NCBI GenBank assembly: GCA_002482505.1 | Contig: DLGD01000019.1 | Coordinates: forward strand, 35,473 to 99,472 | Length of the DNA stretch: 64,000 nucleotides | From: Christensenella sp. UBA7703 | Lineage (GTDB): Bacteria; Bacillota; Clostridia; Christensenellales; CAG-138 | Direction of reading: 5' to 3' | In this document: positions 20,413 to 28,802 of the stretch, one piece after another | Layout: each line of letters starts with the position of its first letter | Position numbering within the stretch: position 1 is the first letter of the stretch | Position numbers and translations under genes: made by a program | Notes under the pieces: model-generated | Database searches by the model: none | What the model saw: only the letters and a program-made list of their open reading frames with translations | Told to the model about the DNA's origin: nothing

Positions 20413-20441
20413 AGGCGTTCTCCGAAAAGAGAACGCCTTTT
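20413..20441 (+). terminator. Intrinsic terminator
   Basis: AGGCGTTCTC-cgaaaa-GAGAACGCCT-TTTT. Confidence 0.8.
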
Positions 20442-20525
20442 CCGATTTTTGGCGCGTCTCCTCCTCTCCTATGTTCTTTTTTTGCTTGTTTTCATCTGAT
20501 CAAAAAAATCTTACATGTTCTCATA

Positions 20526-20579
20526 TTGACATTTCTTGTTTTGGGGAATACGATAGTCACATCAAACAATCTTGATTTG
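20526..20579 (+). promoter_or_regulatory. ars promoter and ArsR-type operator
   Basis: TTGACA-N17-TACGAT, followed by the imperfect inverted repeat CACATCAA-acaatc-TTGATTTG. Confidence 0.7.
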
Positions 20580-20583
20580 AGGT

Positions 20584-20901
20584 GTGATGTCCATGACGAA
20601 CGCGCAAAGCGCAACCATATTCAAAGCTTTCTGCGACGAAAACCGGCTCAAGATTCTGGAAGAACTGCGCAGCGGGGAAAAGTGCGCCTGCGTATTGATT
20701 GAAAATCTTGGCGTCGGACAATCGGCCTTGTCCTATCACATGAAGATACTCGTTGAATCCGGCATTGTTTCCGCCCGGCAGGAGGGAAAATGGACGCACT
20801 ACAGCATCAGCGAGCCGGGCGCCGCGCTGGCACAGGAGCTGCTCAAAGAGATCACCTCCCCGCAAAGCGAGCGGGAAGAGAACATCTGCGCCTGCAAGTA
20901 A
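20584..20901 (+). CDS. arsR: ArsR/SmtB family repressor
   Basis: FKAFCDENRLKIL, EKCAC metal-site motif, QSALSYHMKIL and a C-terminal CAC. Start may be 20584, 20587 or 20593. Confidence 0.9.
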   Translation: MMSMTNAQSATIFKAFCDENRLKILEELRSGEKCACVLIENLGVGQSALSYHMKILVESGIVSARQEGKWTHYSISEPGAALAQELLKEITSPQSEREENICACK

Positions 20902-20941
20902 AGAAGAGAAAATAAAATCGAAAACGCAGTAAGGAAATGCC

Positions 20942-21955
20942 ATGCAACTATTAAAATCCGTCTGGGACTTTTTCCAAAATCAAATACTCGCGATGAAGTG
21001 GCTAAACGTTCTCATCGGACACATGCTCGGCGCATTCGGGCTGGATACGGCAAATCGCTTGGTCGGCAGCCTGCAGTTCTTCGTGTATGACGTGATCAAG
21101 ATCACGGTCCTACTTTGCACGCTGATCTTTTTGATCAGTTACATTCAAAGCTTCTTTCCGCCGGAACGCAGCAAGAAGATCCTCGGGCGCTTTCGCGGCA
21201 TCGGCGCCAACATCATCGCGGCACTGCTGGGCACGGTCACGCCGTTTTGCTCCTGTTCGTCGATTCCCCTCTTCATCGGCTTTACCTCGGCCGGGCTTCC
21301 GGTGGGTGTAACTTTTTCGTTCTTGATCTCCTCGCCGATGGTAGACCTCGGTTCGCTGGTTCTGTTGATGAGCATTTTCGGCGCGAAGATTGCCATTGTT
21401 TACGTTGTTTTCGGTCTCATCATTGCGGTGATCGGCGGAACATTGATCGAAAAAATGCGCATGGAGCGGTATGTCGAAAGCTTTATTCTCACCGCAGGCA
21501 GCGTGGATATCGATTCCCCCGATTTAACGATCAAAGACCGGCTCCTCTATGCCAAAGAGCAGATGTTGAGTACATTCAAGAAAGTATTCCCGTATGTACT
21601 CGCCGGCGTTGGCATCGGCGCCGTGATTCACAACTGGATTCCCGAAGAATGGATTGTCACCGTGCTCGGCAACAAAAACCCGTTCGGCGTGGTTCTGGCA
21701 ACACTGATCGGTGTCCCCATGTATGCGGATATCTTCGGAACGATCCCGATTGCCGAGGCGTTGTTTGCCAAAGGCGCACAGCTTGGCTCCGTGCTCTCTT
21801 TTATGATGGCGGTGACCACGCTTTCTCTGCCCTCCATCATCATGCTCAGAAAAGCGGTCAAGCCAAAGTTGCTGGCGCTGTTTATCGCAATCTGCACCGT
21901 CGGCATCATATTGGTTGGCTATCTGTTTAACCTGATTCAGCCGCTGATCGCATAG
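20942..21955 (+). CDS. arsP: ArsP-family (DUF318) permease
   Basis: TPFCSCSSIP, FLISSP and GVPMY motifs; ars context. Confidence 0.85.
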   Translation: MQLLKSVWDFFQNQILAMKWLNVLIGHMLGAFGLDTANRLVGSLQFFVYDVIKITVLLCTLIFLISYIQSFFPPERSKKILGRFRGIGANIIAALLGTVTPFCSCSSIPLFIGFTSAGLPVGVTFSFLISSPMVDLGSLVLLMSIFGAKIAIVYVVFGLIIAVIGGTLIEKMRMERYVESFILTAGSVDIDSPDLTIKDRLLYAKEQMLSTFKKVFPYVLAGVGIGAVIHNWIPEEWIVTVLGNKNPFGVVLATLIGVPMYADIFGTIPIAEALFAKGAQLGSVLSFMMAVTTLSLPSIIMLRKAVKPKLLALFIAICTVGIILVGYLFNLIQPLIA

Positions 21956-21962
21956 GAGATCG

Positions 21963-22110
21963 ATAGAGCGAAATGTTGGCAACCCGTGATCGATTATTCG
22001 ATTTGCGCCGAGTGTGGCTCTTGCATAGCGGGATGCTCAATGGTGTATATGCTGCAAAAATGACGCCGGTTCCGGGGCAGCACGCTCAGATTTTATTTAC
22101 AGGACTATGA
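21963..22110 (+). pseudogene. Degenerate 4Fe-4S dicluster (ferredoxin-like) gene remnant
   Basis: An AGGAG RBS with no start codon, then AKCWQPVIDYSICAECGSCIAGCS (CxxCxxCxxxC), an apparent 1-nt frameshift into GVY..., and no second cluster motif. Confidence 0.65.
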
Positions 22111-22197
22111 ACGTTGTGCCGGATCAAATTCGGAATGTGTGCATGTAATTAAAACGAAACCTGATTATTAGGATAACGCTGAAAGGAACTCATGATT

Positions 22198-22551
22198 ATG
22201 GCACTCTTTGGAAAACGGAAAGAAAAAGAAGAACAGAAACCCTCCTCTTGCTGCTGCGGCAGCTGTGACTGCGAGAGTATGGAACAGGCTGAGAAAGCAA
22301 AGACAGATGGCGCGTCGGTCAAGGTGCTCGGCAGCGGCTGCGCAAAATGCAACGCACTGGAGGCCGCAACGAAAGCCGCATTGGAACAGTTGGGCATGGA
22401 CACAACCATCGAGCACGTCACGGACTTTGCAAAGATCGCGTCCTATGGTGTGATGAGCACGCCCGCGTTAGTGGTGGACGGCAAGGTGGTCTCTTACGGG
22501 AAGGTGCTGAAAACCGATGAGGTTATCGCAATCTTGAAGAAGATCCGATAA
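22198..22551 (+). CDS. Small thioredoxin-like redox-active disulfide protein with a Cys-rich N-terminus
   Basis: VKVLGSGCAKC, YGVMSTPALVVDG and N-terminal SCCCGSCDC. Confidence 0.88.
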   Translation: MALFGKRKEKEEQKPSSCCCGSCDCESMEQAEKAKTDGASVKVLGSGCAKCNALEAATKAALEQLGMDTTIEHVTDFAKIASYGVMSTPALVVDGKVVSYGKVLKTDEVIAILKKIR

Positions 22552-22583
22552 GAAACAGACGAGAAAGAGAAAGAGGAACATAT

Positions 22584-23639
22584 ATGGAAGCGAAAAAAAG
22601 CTCCGGCATCGGTTTTTTTGAAAAATACCTGACGGTATGGGTCATCCTCTGCATGGTTGCGGGCGTACTCATCGGTCAGTTTCTGCCCGGCATTCCCGCT
22701 TTCTTAGGCAGATTTGAGTATGCAAATGTCTCAATTCCGATCGCCATCCTCATCTGGCTGATGATCTACCCCATGATGCTCAAAGTCGATTTTCAGAGCA
22801 TCAAGAATGTTGGAAAAAACCCGAAGGGGCTCTTTGTCACCTGGGTGACCAACTGGCTCATCAAGCCGTTTACGATGTTTGGCATCGCCTGGCTGTTTTT
22901 CTTTGTGATATTCCGAACGCTGATTCCCGCAGAGCTTGCAAAGGACTATCTCGCGGGCGCAATTCTGCTTGGCGCCGCTCCCTGTACAGCGATGGTGTTT
23001 GTATGGAGTCACCTGACAAAGGGTAACCCCGCCTACACAGTCGTGCAGGTTGCAACAAATGATCTCATCATCCTCATCGCGTTTACACCAATCGTTGCGC
23101 TTTTGCTCGGCATCGGCGGGGTAAAGATTCCCTGGGATACGCTGCTTCTCTCCGTCGCGCTCTTTGTGGTGATTCCGCTCGCGGGCGGCATCCTCACGCG
23201 AACCGCAATCGTCAAAAAACGCGGCTTAGAGTATTTTGAGAAAGGTTTTTTACCGAAATTCAACAACGTCACCATAGTCGGGCTTTTGCTCACGCTGATC
23301 ATCATCTTCTCCTTCCAAGGGAACGTCATTCTGGAAAACCCGCTGCATATCGTGCTCATCGCGGTACCGCTGGTGATTCAAACGTTCCTGATCTTCTTTA
23401 TCGCCTATGGCGCGAGCAAGCTGCTGAAACTACCGCACGACATCGCGGCGCCTGCCGGCATGATCGGTGCCTCCAACTTCTTCGAGCTATCCGTCGCTGT
23501 CGCGATCTCGCTGTTCGGCACCTCATCTCCAGCGGCGCTGGCGACCATCGTCGGCGTGCTGACCGAAGTGCCGGTAATGCTGATCCTTGTAAAAATTGCC
23601 AACAAAACGACACACTGGTTTCCCGAACAATCGAAGTAG
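22584..23639 (+). CDS. acr3: ACR3 family arsenite efflux transporter
   Basis: MIYPMM, NWLIKPF, APCTAMV, GASNFFEL and GVLTEVP. Confidence 0.93.
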   Translation: MEAKKSSGIGFFEKYLTVWVILCMVAGVLIGQFLPGIPAFLGRFEYANVSIPIAILIWLMIYPMMLKVDFQSIKNVGKNPKGLFVTWVTNWLIKPFTMFGIAWLFFFVIFRTLIPAELAKDYLAGAILLGAAPCTAMVFVWSHLTKGNPAYTVVQVATNDLIILIAFTPIVALLLGIGGVKIPWDTLLLSVALFVVIPLAGGILTRTAIVKKRGLEYFEKGFLPKFNNVTIVGLLLTLIIIFSFQGNVILENPLHIVLIAVPLVIQTFLIFFIAYGASKLLKLPHDIAAPAGMIGASNFFELSVAVAISLFGTSSPAALATIVGVLTEVPVMLILVKIANKTTHWFPEQSK

Positions 23640-23669
23640 CGAGTATATCCGCTGAAGGGAGCACGCACT

Positions 23670-25319
23670 ATGAAAATTATCGTCATCGGAGCGGTGGCCG
23701 CCGGAACCTCCGCCGCGGCAAAAGCAAGGCGCAACAGCGAGGACGCGCAGATTACGATCTATGAAAAAGACAGCTACATTTCCTATTCCGGCTGCGGTAT
23801 GCCATATTTCCTCAGCAAAGCGGTGGCAACGGCAGAGGAACTGGCCCCGCGCGATCCCGCATTTTTTCGGAGCAAATACAACATTGAGATCAAAACACGG
23901 CACGAAGTCCTTTCGATCAATCCCGATGAAAAGACGATCTTGGTAAAAAATCTCGCAACGGATCATGTGTTTCCCGATTCATACGACACACTCATCCTCG
24001 CAATCGGCGCGCGCGCGGTAACCCCGCCGATCCCCGGGCGGGAAGGAGCGCATGTCTTCACCCTCCGTAACATCAACGACATGCTGGCAATCCATTCCTT
24101 CCTCGAGGAAAAAAGACCGAAATCTGCTGCCATCATCGGCACGGGCTTCATCGGTCTTGAGATGTGCGAAAGCCTCGTGCGGCTTGGCGTCTCCGTCACG
24201 CTTCTGGAAAAACTGCCGCAGGTGACGCCGGGGCTTGATCCCGACATGGCGGTCTATGTGGAGGCGCACCTCAAAAAGAACGGCATCGCTGTAAAGACCG
24301 GTGTTTCGATTGCAAGCATCGAGGCAACCAGCGTCGTGCTGGCAGACGGCACGACGGTTCCGGCCGAACTTGTGCTGCTTTCGACCGGGGTTCGCCCAAA
24401 CAGCGAACTCGCTTTGGCGGCAGGTGTTACGCTCGGCGCTTCCGGCGCGATTCTCGTCAACGAACGCATGGAAACGAATCAACCGGGTATTTTCGCCTGC
24501 GGGGATTGCATTGAGGAGTTCCACATCGTCACCGGAAAGCAGGTCTACCGTCCGCTGGGTTCAACCGCGAATAAGACAGGACGCATCGCGGGGGACTGCG
24601 CAACAGGCGGCAATCTCGCCTATCGCGGCACGCTCGGCACCGGTATCTTTCGCGTGCTGGGGCTCACCGTCGGGCAAACGGGGCTTACCGAGCGGGAAGC
24701 ACGGGAAGCGGGCTATGATGCAGCAATCTGCCACAGCACCAAGCCCGACAGGCCGGAATACTTCGGCGGCAAGGAGATGGTCATCAAAGCCGTTGCCGAC
24801 CGGGAGACAGGGAGATTGCTGGGCGCGCAGATCGTCGGCGAGGCAGGCGTAGACAAGCGCATCGACGTGTTTGCCACTGCGATTACCTACGGCGCGAAGG
24901 TCGAAGATCTATTTTATCTCGATCTTGCCTATGCGCCGCCGTTTTCTACCACGAAAGACCCGGTACTGTACACCGGCATGATCCTTGAAAACGCGATCCA
25001 CGGCGGGCGACCACTCATGACCGCGCAGGAGTTGCTTGCGCGAACGGAGGCTGGCGAACCCGTCACCATCATCGACACCCGCGCCCCCGCGCAATATGAA
25101 AAGGCGCATGTGGAAGGCGCGATCAGTATCCCGCTTTCGGAATTGCGTGCGGCCATCGAATCGCTCGATAAAGACGCCGTTACCGTGACCTATTGCAATA
25201 AAGGGGTGACGGGAAACGCCGCGCAGAATATCCTGCTCCTGAACGGGTTCAAGCACGTCTATAATCTCTCCGGCGGAATGAACCAGTATCGGATGGTCAA
25301 AAACAGCCGCAAACGCTGA
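23670..25319 (+). CDS. CoA-disulfide reductase-like flavoprotein with a C-terminal rhodanese domain
   Basis: IIVIGAVAAG, SYSGCGMPY, LAYAPPF and rhodanese YCNKGVTG...NLSGG. Confidence 0.9.
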   Translation: MKIIVIGAVAAGTSAAAKARRNSEDAQITIYEKDSYISYSGCGMPYFLSKAVATAEELAPRDPAFFRSKYNIEIKTRHEVLSINPDEKTILVKNLATDHVFPDSYDTLILAIGARAVTPPIPGREGAHVFTLRNINDMLAIHSFLEEKRPKSAAIIGTGFIGLEMCESLVRLGVSVTLLEKLPQVTPGLDPDMAVYVEAHLKKNGIAVKTGVSIASIEATSVVLADGTTVPAELVLLSTGVRPNSELALAAGVTLGASGAILVNERMETNQPGIFACGDCIEEFHIVTGKQVYRPLGSTANKTGRIAGDCATGGNLAYRGTLGTGIFRVLGLTVGQTGLTEREAREAGYDAAICHSTKPDRPEYFGGKEMVIKAVADRETGRLLGAQIVGEAGVDKRIDVFATAITYGAKVEDLFYLDLAYAPPFSTTKDPVLYTGMILENAIHGGRPLMTAQELLARTEAGEPVTIIDTRAPAQYEKAHVEGAISIPLSELRAAIESLDKDAVTVTYCNKGVTGNAAQNILLLNGFKHVYNLSGGMNQYRMVKNSRKR

Positions 25320-25412
25320 GCGTGTCCATTCCGGCTTCCCCGCTTGTCAGCAATCCGCGCGCGTGTTATGCTCATAAGGCAAACACGCGAAGAAATCGAG
25401 GAAGAGAAAGAG

Positions 25413-26624
25413 ATGGAATCCGTCAAAGACCGCTTCCTGCGGTACGTCAAGATCGACACCCAATCCGAACATCATGTGGACAAAATCCCCAGCACAGACA
25501 AGCAGTTTGTGCTCTGCCGCCTGCTGAGGGATGAACTGCTTGCGCTCGGCGCTGCGGACGTTCAGCTTAGCCCGCACGGATACGTGACCGCAACCATTCC
25601 CGCAAACACGAACAAAAGCGCACCCGTGATCGGGCTGCTTTCACATGTGGATACGTCCGACGCCGTCAGCGGCGCAAACGTAAAACCGCTGCTTACGCCG
25701 AACTACGCGGGCGGCGACATCGACATGGGCAACGGCTATGTACTCTCCCCCACGGATTCTCCCGCACTGCTCACGCACATCGGCGAGGAGATCATCTGCA
25801 CGGACGGAACCACGCTGCTCGGCGCGGACGATAAGGCAGGCGTTGCCGAGATCATGACCTTTGCCGAACACATGCTTTCTCCCCATGCACCGGAGCACGG
25901 CAAGATTCGCATCGGGTTCACGCCGGATGAAGAAGTCGGCCGCGGGGTGGATCTTTTCGACGTGCCCGCTTTCGGCGCGGACTTTGGCTATACGGTGGAC
26001 GGCGGTGCGATGGGCGAAATCAACTATGAATGCTTCAACGCCGCGAGCGCGGAGATCCGCATTCAGGGGCGCAGCACACATACCGGCAGCGCAAAGGGGC
26101 GGATGATCAATGCCTCGCTGCTGGCGATGGAGCTGCACGATCTGCTGCCCCGCTTTGAAAACCCCGCCTGCACGGAAGAATATGAGGGATTCTTCCATCT
26201 CGAGCGGCTGGATTCCCATGTGGACAACGCCTATCTATACTATCTGCTGCGCGACCATGACGCGGAGAAGTTCGCACAAAAGAAGGCGCTGATCGAAAAA
26301 GCCTGTGCCTATATGAACGAAAAATACGGCGCGGGAACGGTCTCGCTGGAGCTTGCGGACTCCTACTACAACATGAAGACAAAGGTGCCGGAGTTTATTG
26401 TGGAGGCGGCAAAGCGCGCGATGGAAACAGTCGGCATAACGCCGTTTTGCGCACCGATCCGCGGCGGCACGGATGGTTCGCGGCTGAGCTACATGGGTCT
26501 GCCCTGCCCGAATCTCTGCACCGGCGGGCATAACTTCCACGGGCGATATGAGTTCATCAGCACACAGGCGATGGAGAAGGTGGTACAGATTCTGGAAGCA
26601 CTCATCCCCTCGTTTGTAAAATAA
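25413..26624 (+). CDS. pepT: Peptidase T (tripeptidase)
   Basis: RFLRYVKIDTQS, HVDTS, LGADDKAG, PDEEVG and RGGTDG. Confidence 0.95.
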   Translation: MESVKDRFLRYVKIDTQSEHHVDKIPSTDKQFVLCRLLRDELLALGAADVQLSPHGYVTATIPANTNKSAPVIGLLSHVDTSDAVSGANVKPLLTPNYAGGDIDMGNGYVLSPTDSPALLTHIGEEIICTDGTTLLGADDKAGVAEIMTFAEHMLSPHAPEHGKIRIGFTPDEEVGRGVDLFDVPAFGADFGYTVDGGAMGEINYECFNAASAEIRIQGRSTHTGSAKGRMINASLLAMELHDLLPRFENPACTEEYEGFFHLERLDSHVDNAYLYYLLRDHDAEKFAQKKALIEKACAYMNEKYGAGTVSLELADSYYNMKTKVPEFIVEAAKRAMETVGITPFCAPIRGGTDGSRLSYMGLPCPNLCTGGHNFHGRYEFISTQAMEKVVQILEALIPSFVK

Positions 26625-26640
26625 ACATACGATTGCAATC

Positions 26641-26672
26641 AAAAAGACGCTTCCGTAAGGGAGCGTCTTTTG
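26641..26672. terminator. Bidirectional terminator
   Basis: AAAAAGACGCTTCC-gtaa-GGGAGCGTCTTTT between convergent genes. Confidence 0.8.
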
Positions 26673-26690
26673 CTTTTGCGTATGGATTTT

Positions 26691-26918
26691 CTAGATATCC
26701 CAACTCTTCTTTTCTTTGCCTTGTTTGTCGCGTGCTTCCTGCTCCGCGCGGCGTTTTTCGTCCGCGAGGTGATGCCGGACAAGCTCCTCTTTTTCCGAGT
26801 AAGACATTGGGTTATGGGAAATCATGTTGCGAAGCACATCCAGTTTCGCCTGCGCCGTGACCTGTTGCGGGTCGCTCCAGTCGACAGGCGCGCCGAATCG
26901 AGCACCATTATGGGACAC
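26691..26918 (-). CDS. Small hypothetical protein (75 aa)
   Basis: Fills the intergenic space, has a charged helical C-terminus and an upstream TACAAT. Confidence 0.5.
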   Translation of the reverse strand: MSHNGARFGAPVDWSDPQQVTAQAKLDVLRNMISHNPMSYSEKEELVRHHLADEKRRAEQEARDKQGKEKKSWDI

Positions 26919-27005
26919 GATACGTCACTTCCGTTTCGCATGAAATTTCTTTTGCTCATTGTATGCCCGCGCATTCGGGTTGTCAATCCAGCCAAACGCG
27001 AAAGG

Positions 27006-27659
27006 CTATTTGTTCCGCATTTCCCCTCGATATCCGGGAAACCCTGTGAACAGATAGACCCCGAGGATTGCGTTAAAGCCCGTTGCGGCAAAGACACTGA
27101 ATCGCTCAAACACACCAAAGAGGCTCTTTGGCGCAAGGCCGATGCCGACAGGGCCCGCAAACATGACCACAAGCGCGATGGTTGCCAGCACACCGAGCGA
27201 AACATATGCCTTTTTACGCAAGCCGCCGATGATGAACAGCACCAGAGAGAGAATCGAAAGTCCGACCACGCCCGCCGTGACCACCATGTGCATCACATCC
27301 TGAAACGTGCCTGCATAACCGCTCTGTGTCAGCGGAAAACTCGCATAGCCTGCGGCAGAGACCCAATTCATCGCGGCAAAGAGAGATGCGCCCAGGCGCA
27401 GGGGTTTGTTGAGCTTGCCCTGCACGAATACGCAAACCATCATCACGCTCACGATGCCGCAGAGGTTGTAAAGGCTCGAAAGCTGACTCCAGAGCATTCT
27501 GGAAGGCGCGTTCGCGGCGCTCAGATCGCTCACCGCCTGCTGCGTCCAGACATAGCCCGGATACGCCAGCGGAGAAAACACGACCGCCGCCGCGTAGGAA
27601 AGCAGGCTGACAATGCCAAGCAGTCCAAGCCACTGGATGAGTGGTTTCTTTGGTTTCAC
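27006..27659 (-). CDS. DUF998 family membrane protein
   Basis: YPGY.W.QQAVSDLSA..APS motif, conserved H and G.FER; multiple transmembrane segments. Confidence 0.8.
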   Translation of the reverse strand: MKPKKPLIQWLGLLGIVSLLSYAAAVVFSPLAYPGYVWTQQAVSDLSAANAPSRMLWSQLSSLYNLCGIVSVMMVCVFVQGKLNKPLRLGASLFAAMNWVSAAGYASFPLTQSGYAGTFQDVMHMVVTAGVVGLSILSLVLFIIGGLRKKAYVSLGVLATIALVVMFAGPVGIGLAPKSLFGVFERFSVFAATGFNAILGVYLFTGFPGYRGEMRNK

Positions 27660-27723
27660 GGTTTGATTACCCCCATTTTTTATTTGGTTGTCCTCTTTCA
27701 CGCATCCCAAACGCAAAAGAGTG

Positions 27724-28608
27724 TTAGCCAACGTTGATGCCAAGCAATTGTTTTGCCGCAAGCCCGATTAAAAACGACAGCGCCGCAACGCCGAGGCTAA
27801 TGAGCACCATCTCCCCGAATCGCCGGAAAAACGGCAGATCCTGCGCCACGGAGACATAGTAGTTAAACGCGAGAATGATCAGCACCACAACCGCAATCAT
27901 GATGCCAAACGCAAGCACATACAGCTGGTTTGGCAGCAGCAGATAGGGCAGCACGATCGCGATCACCGTCAAAAGATACGCCACTCCCGTATATGCGCTG
28001 GACTTGAGCGCCTCGCCGTTGCCCTCCGCACGCTTGGCCAGATAGTTGGAAGCCGCCATGGACAGCGTCGCCGATACGCCGGTGATGATGCCGGAAAGCG
28101 CAACCAGCCGGTTGTTGGCCAGCGCAAAGGTCAGCCCTGCAATGGTCCCCGTGAGCTCCACGAGCGCGTCGTTGAGCCCCAGCACGATAGAGCCGACATA
28201 GTGCAGCCGCTCCTCGTCGATCATCGCCATGAGCTTTGCTTCATGCGCTTCCTCGTCCACGATAATCCGGCGCACCTCCGGCAGTTCCTGTTCGATGGCG
28301 TGCAGGTCCTTCAACCCAAGGTCTTCGCCTTTTTCAAACAGCTTGATCGCAAACGTAATGCCGAGAATCCGGCTCATCAGCGAGAACGTGAAAATCTTAC
28401 CCCGGTTGGGCGCAACGTCCTGCCCGGTGTAGCTACGCCATGTTTCATAATGCCCGCGTTCCGCACGCGAAATCTCCTCAAACGCTTTCCGGTTGTTTTC
28501 GTCCTTTAGCCGCGCGGCAATCTTACCGTAGAGAATGCTTCCGGTCAGCTCATCCCGCTGCATGTTGAGCAGGTGTTTTTTCAGCGCCGGACTGATGCTG
28601 TGTTCCAT
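27724..28608 (-). CDS. Ferritin-like N-terminal domain plus VIT1/CCC1 transporter (MbfA-like)
   Basis: E..H motifs (AERGH, EEAHE) and VLGLNDALVELTG...ATLSMAASNYL. Confidence 0.85.
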   Translation of the reverse strand: MEHSISPALKKHLLNMQRDELTGSILYGKIAARLKDENNRKAFEEISRAERGHYETWRSYTGQDVAPNRGKIFTFSLMSRILGITFAIKLFEKGEDLGLKDLHAIEQELPEVRRIIVDEEAHEAKLMAMIDEERLHYVGSIVLGLNDALVELTGTIAGLTFALANNRLVALSGIITGVSATLSMAASNYLAKRAEGNGEALKSSAYTGVAYLLTVIAIVLPYLLLPNQLYVLAFGIMIAVVVLIILAFNYYVSVAQDLPFFRRFGEMVLISLGVAALSFLIGLAAKQLLGINVG

Positions 28609-28802
28609 ACCGCAGCCCCGCTTTCCTTCCTCATTTTGGCAGACAATCTCTGTTTTCGCGTTCATTATACCCCCGCATCTGCGCCGCGTACAGGGATAGC
28701 TTTGACATGATTTGATTCGCTAGGGAACGAAAAACCCGCTCCGGAATACATTCGAAGCGGGTTTTGTGCGCATTGTTTTGCTATCGAGGAAAAATCGGAG
28801 GT

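Noticed and set aside
26670-27737. 355-aa plus-strand ORF
   Set aside because: Antisense to the DUF998 gene; its Arg/His-rich composition is typical of a shadow ORF.
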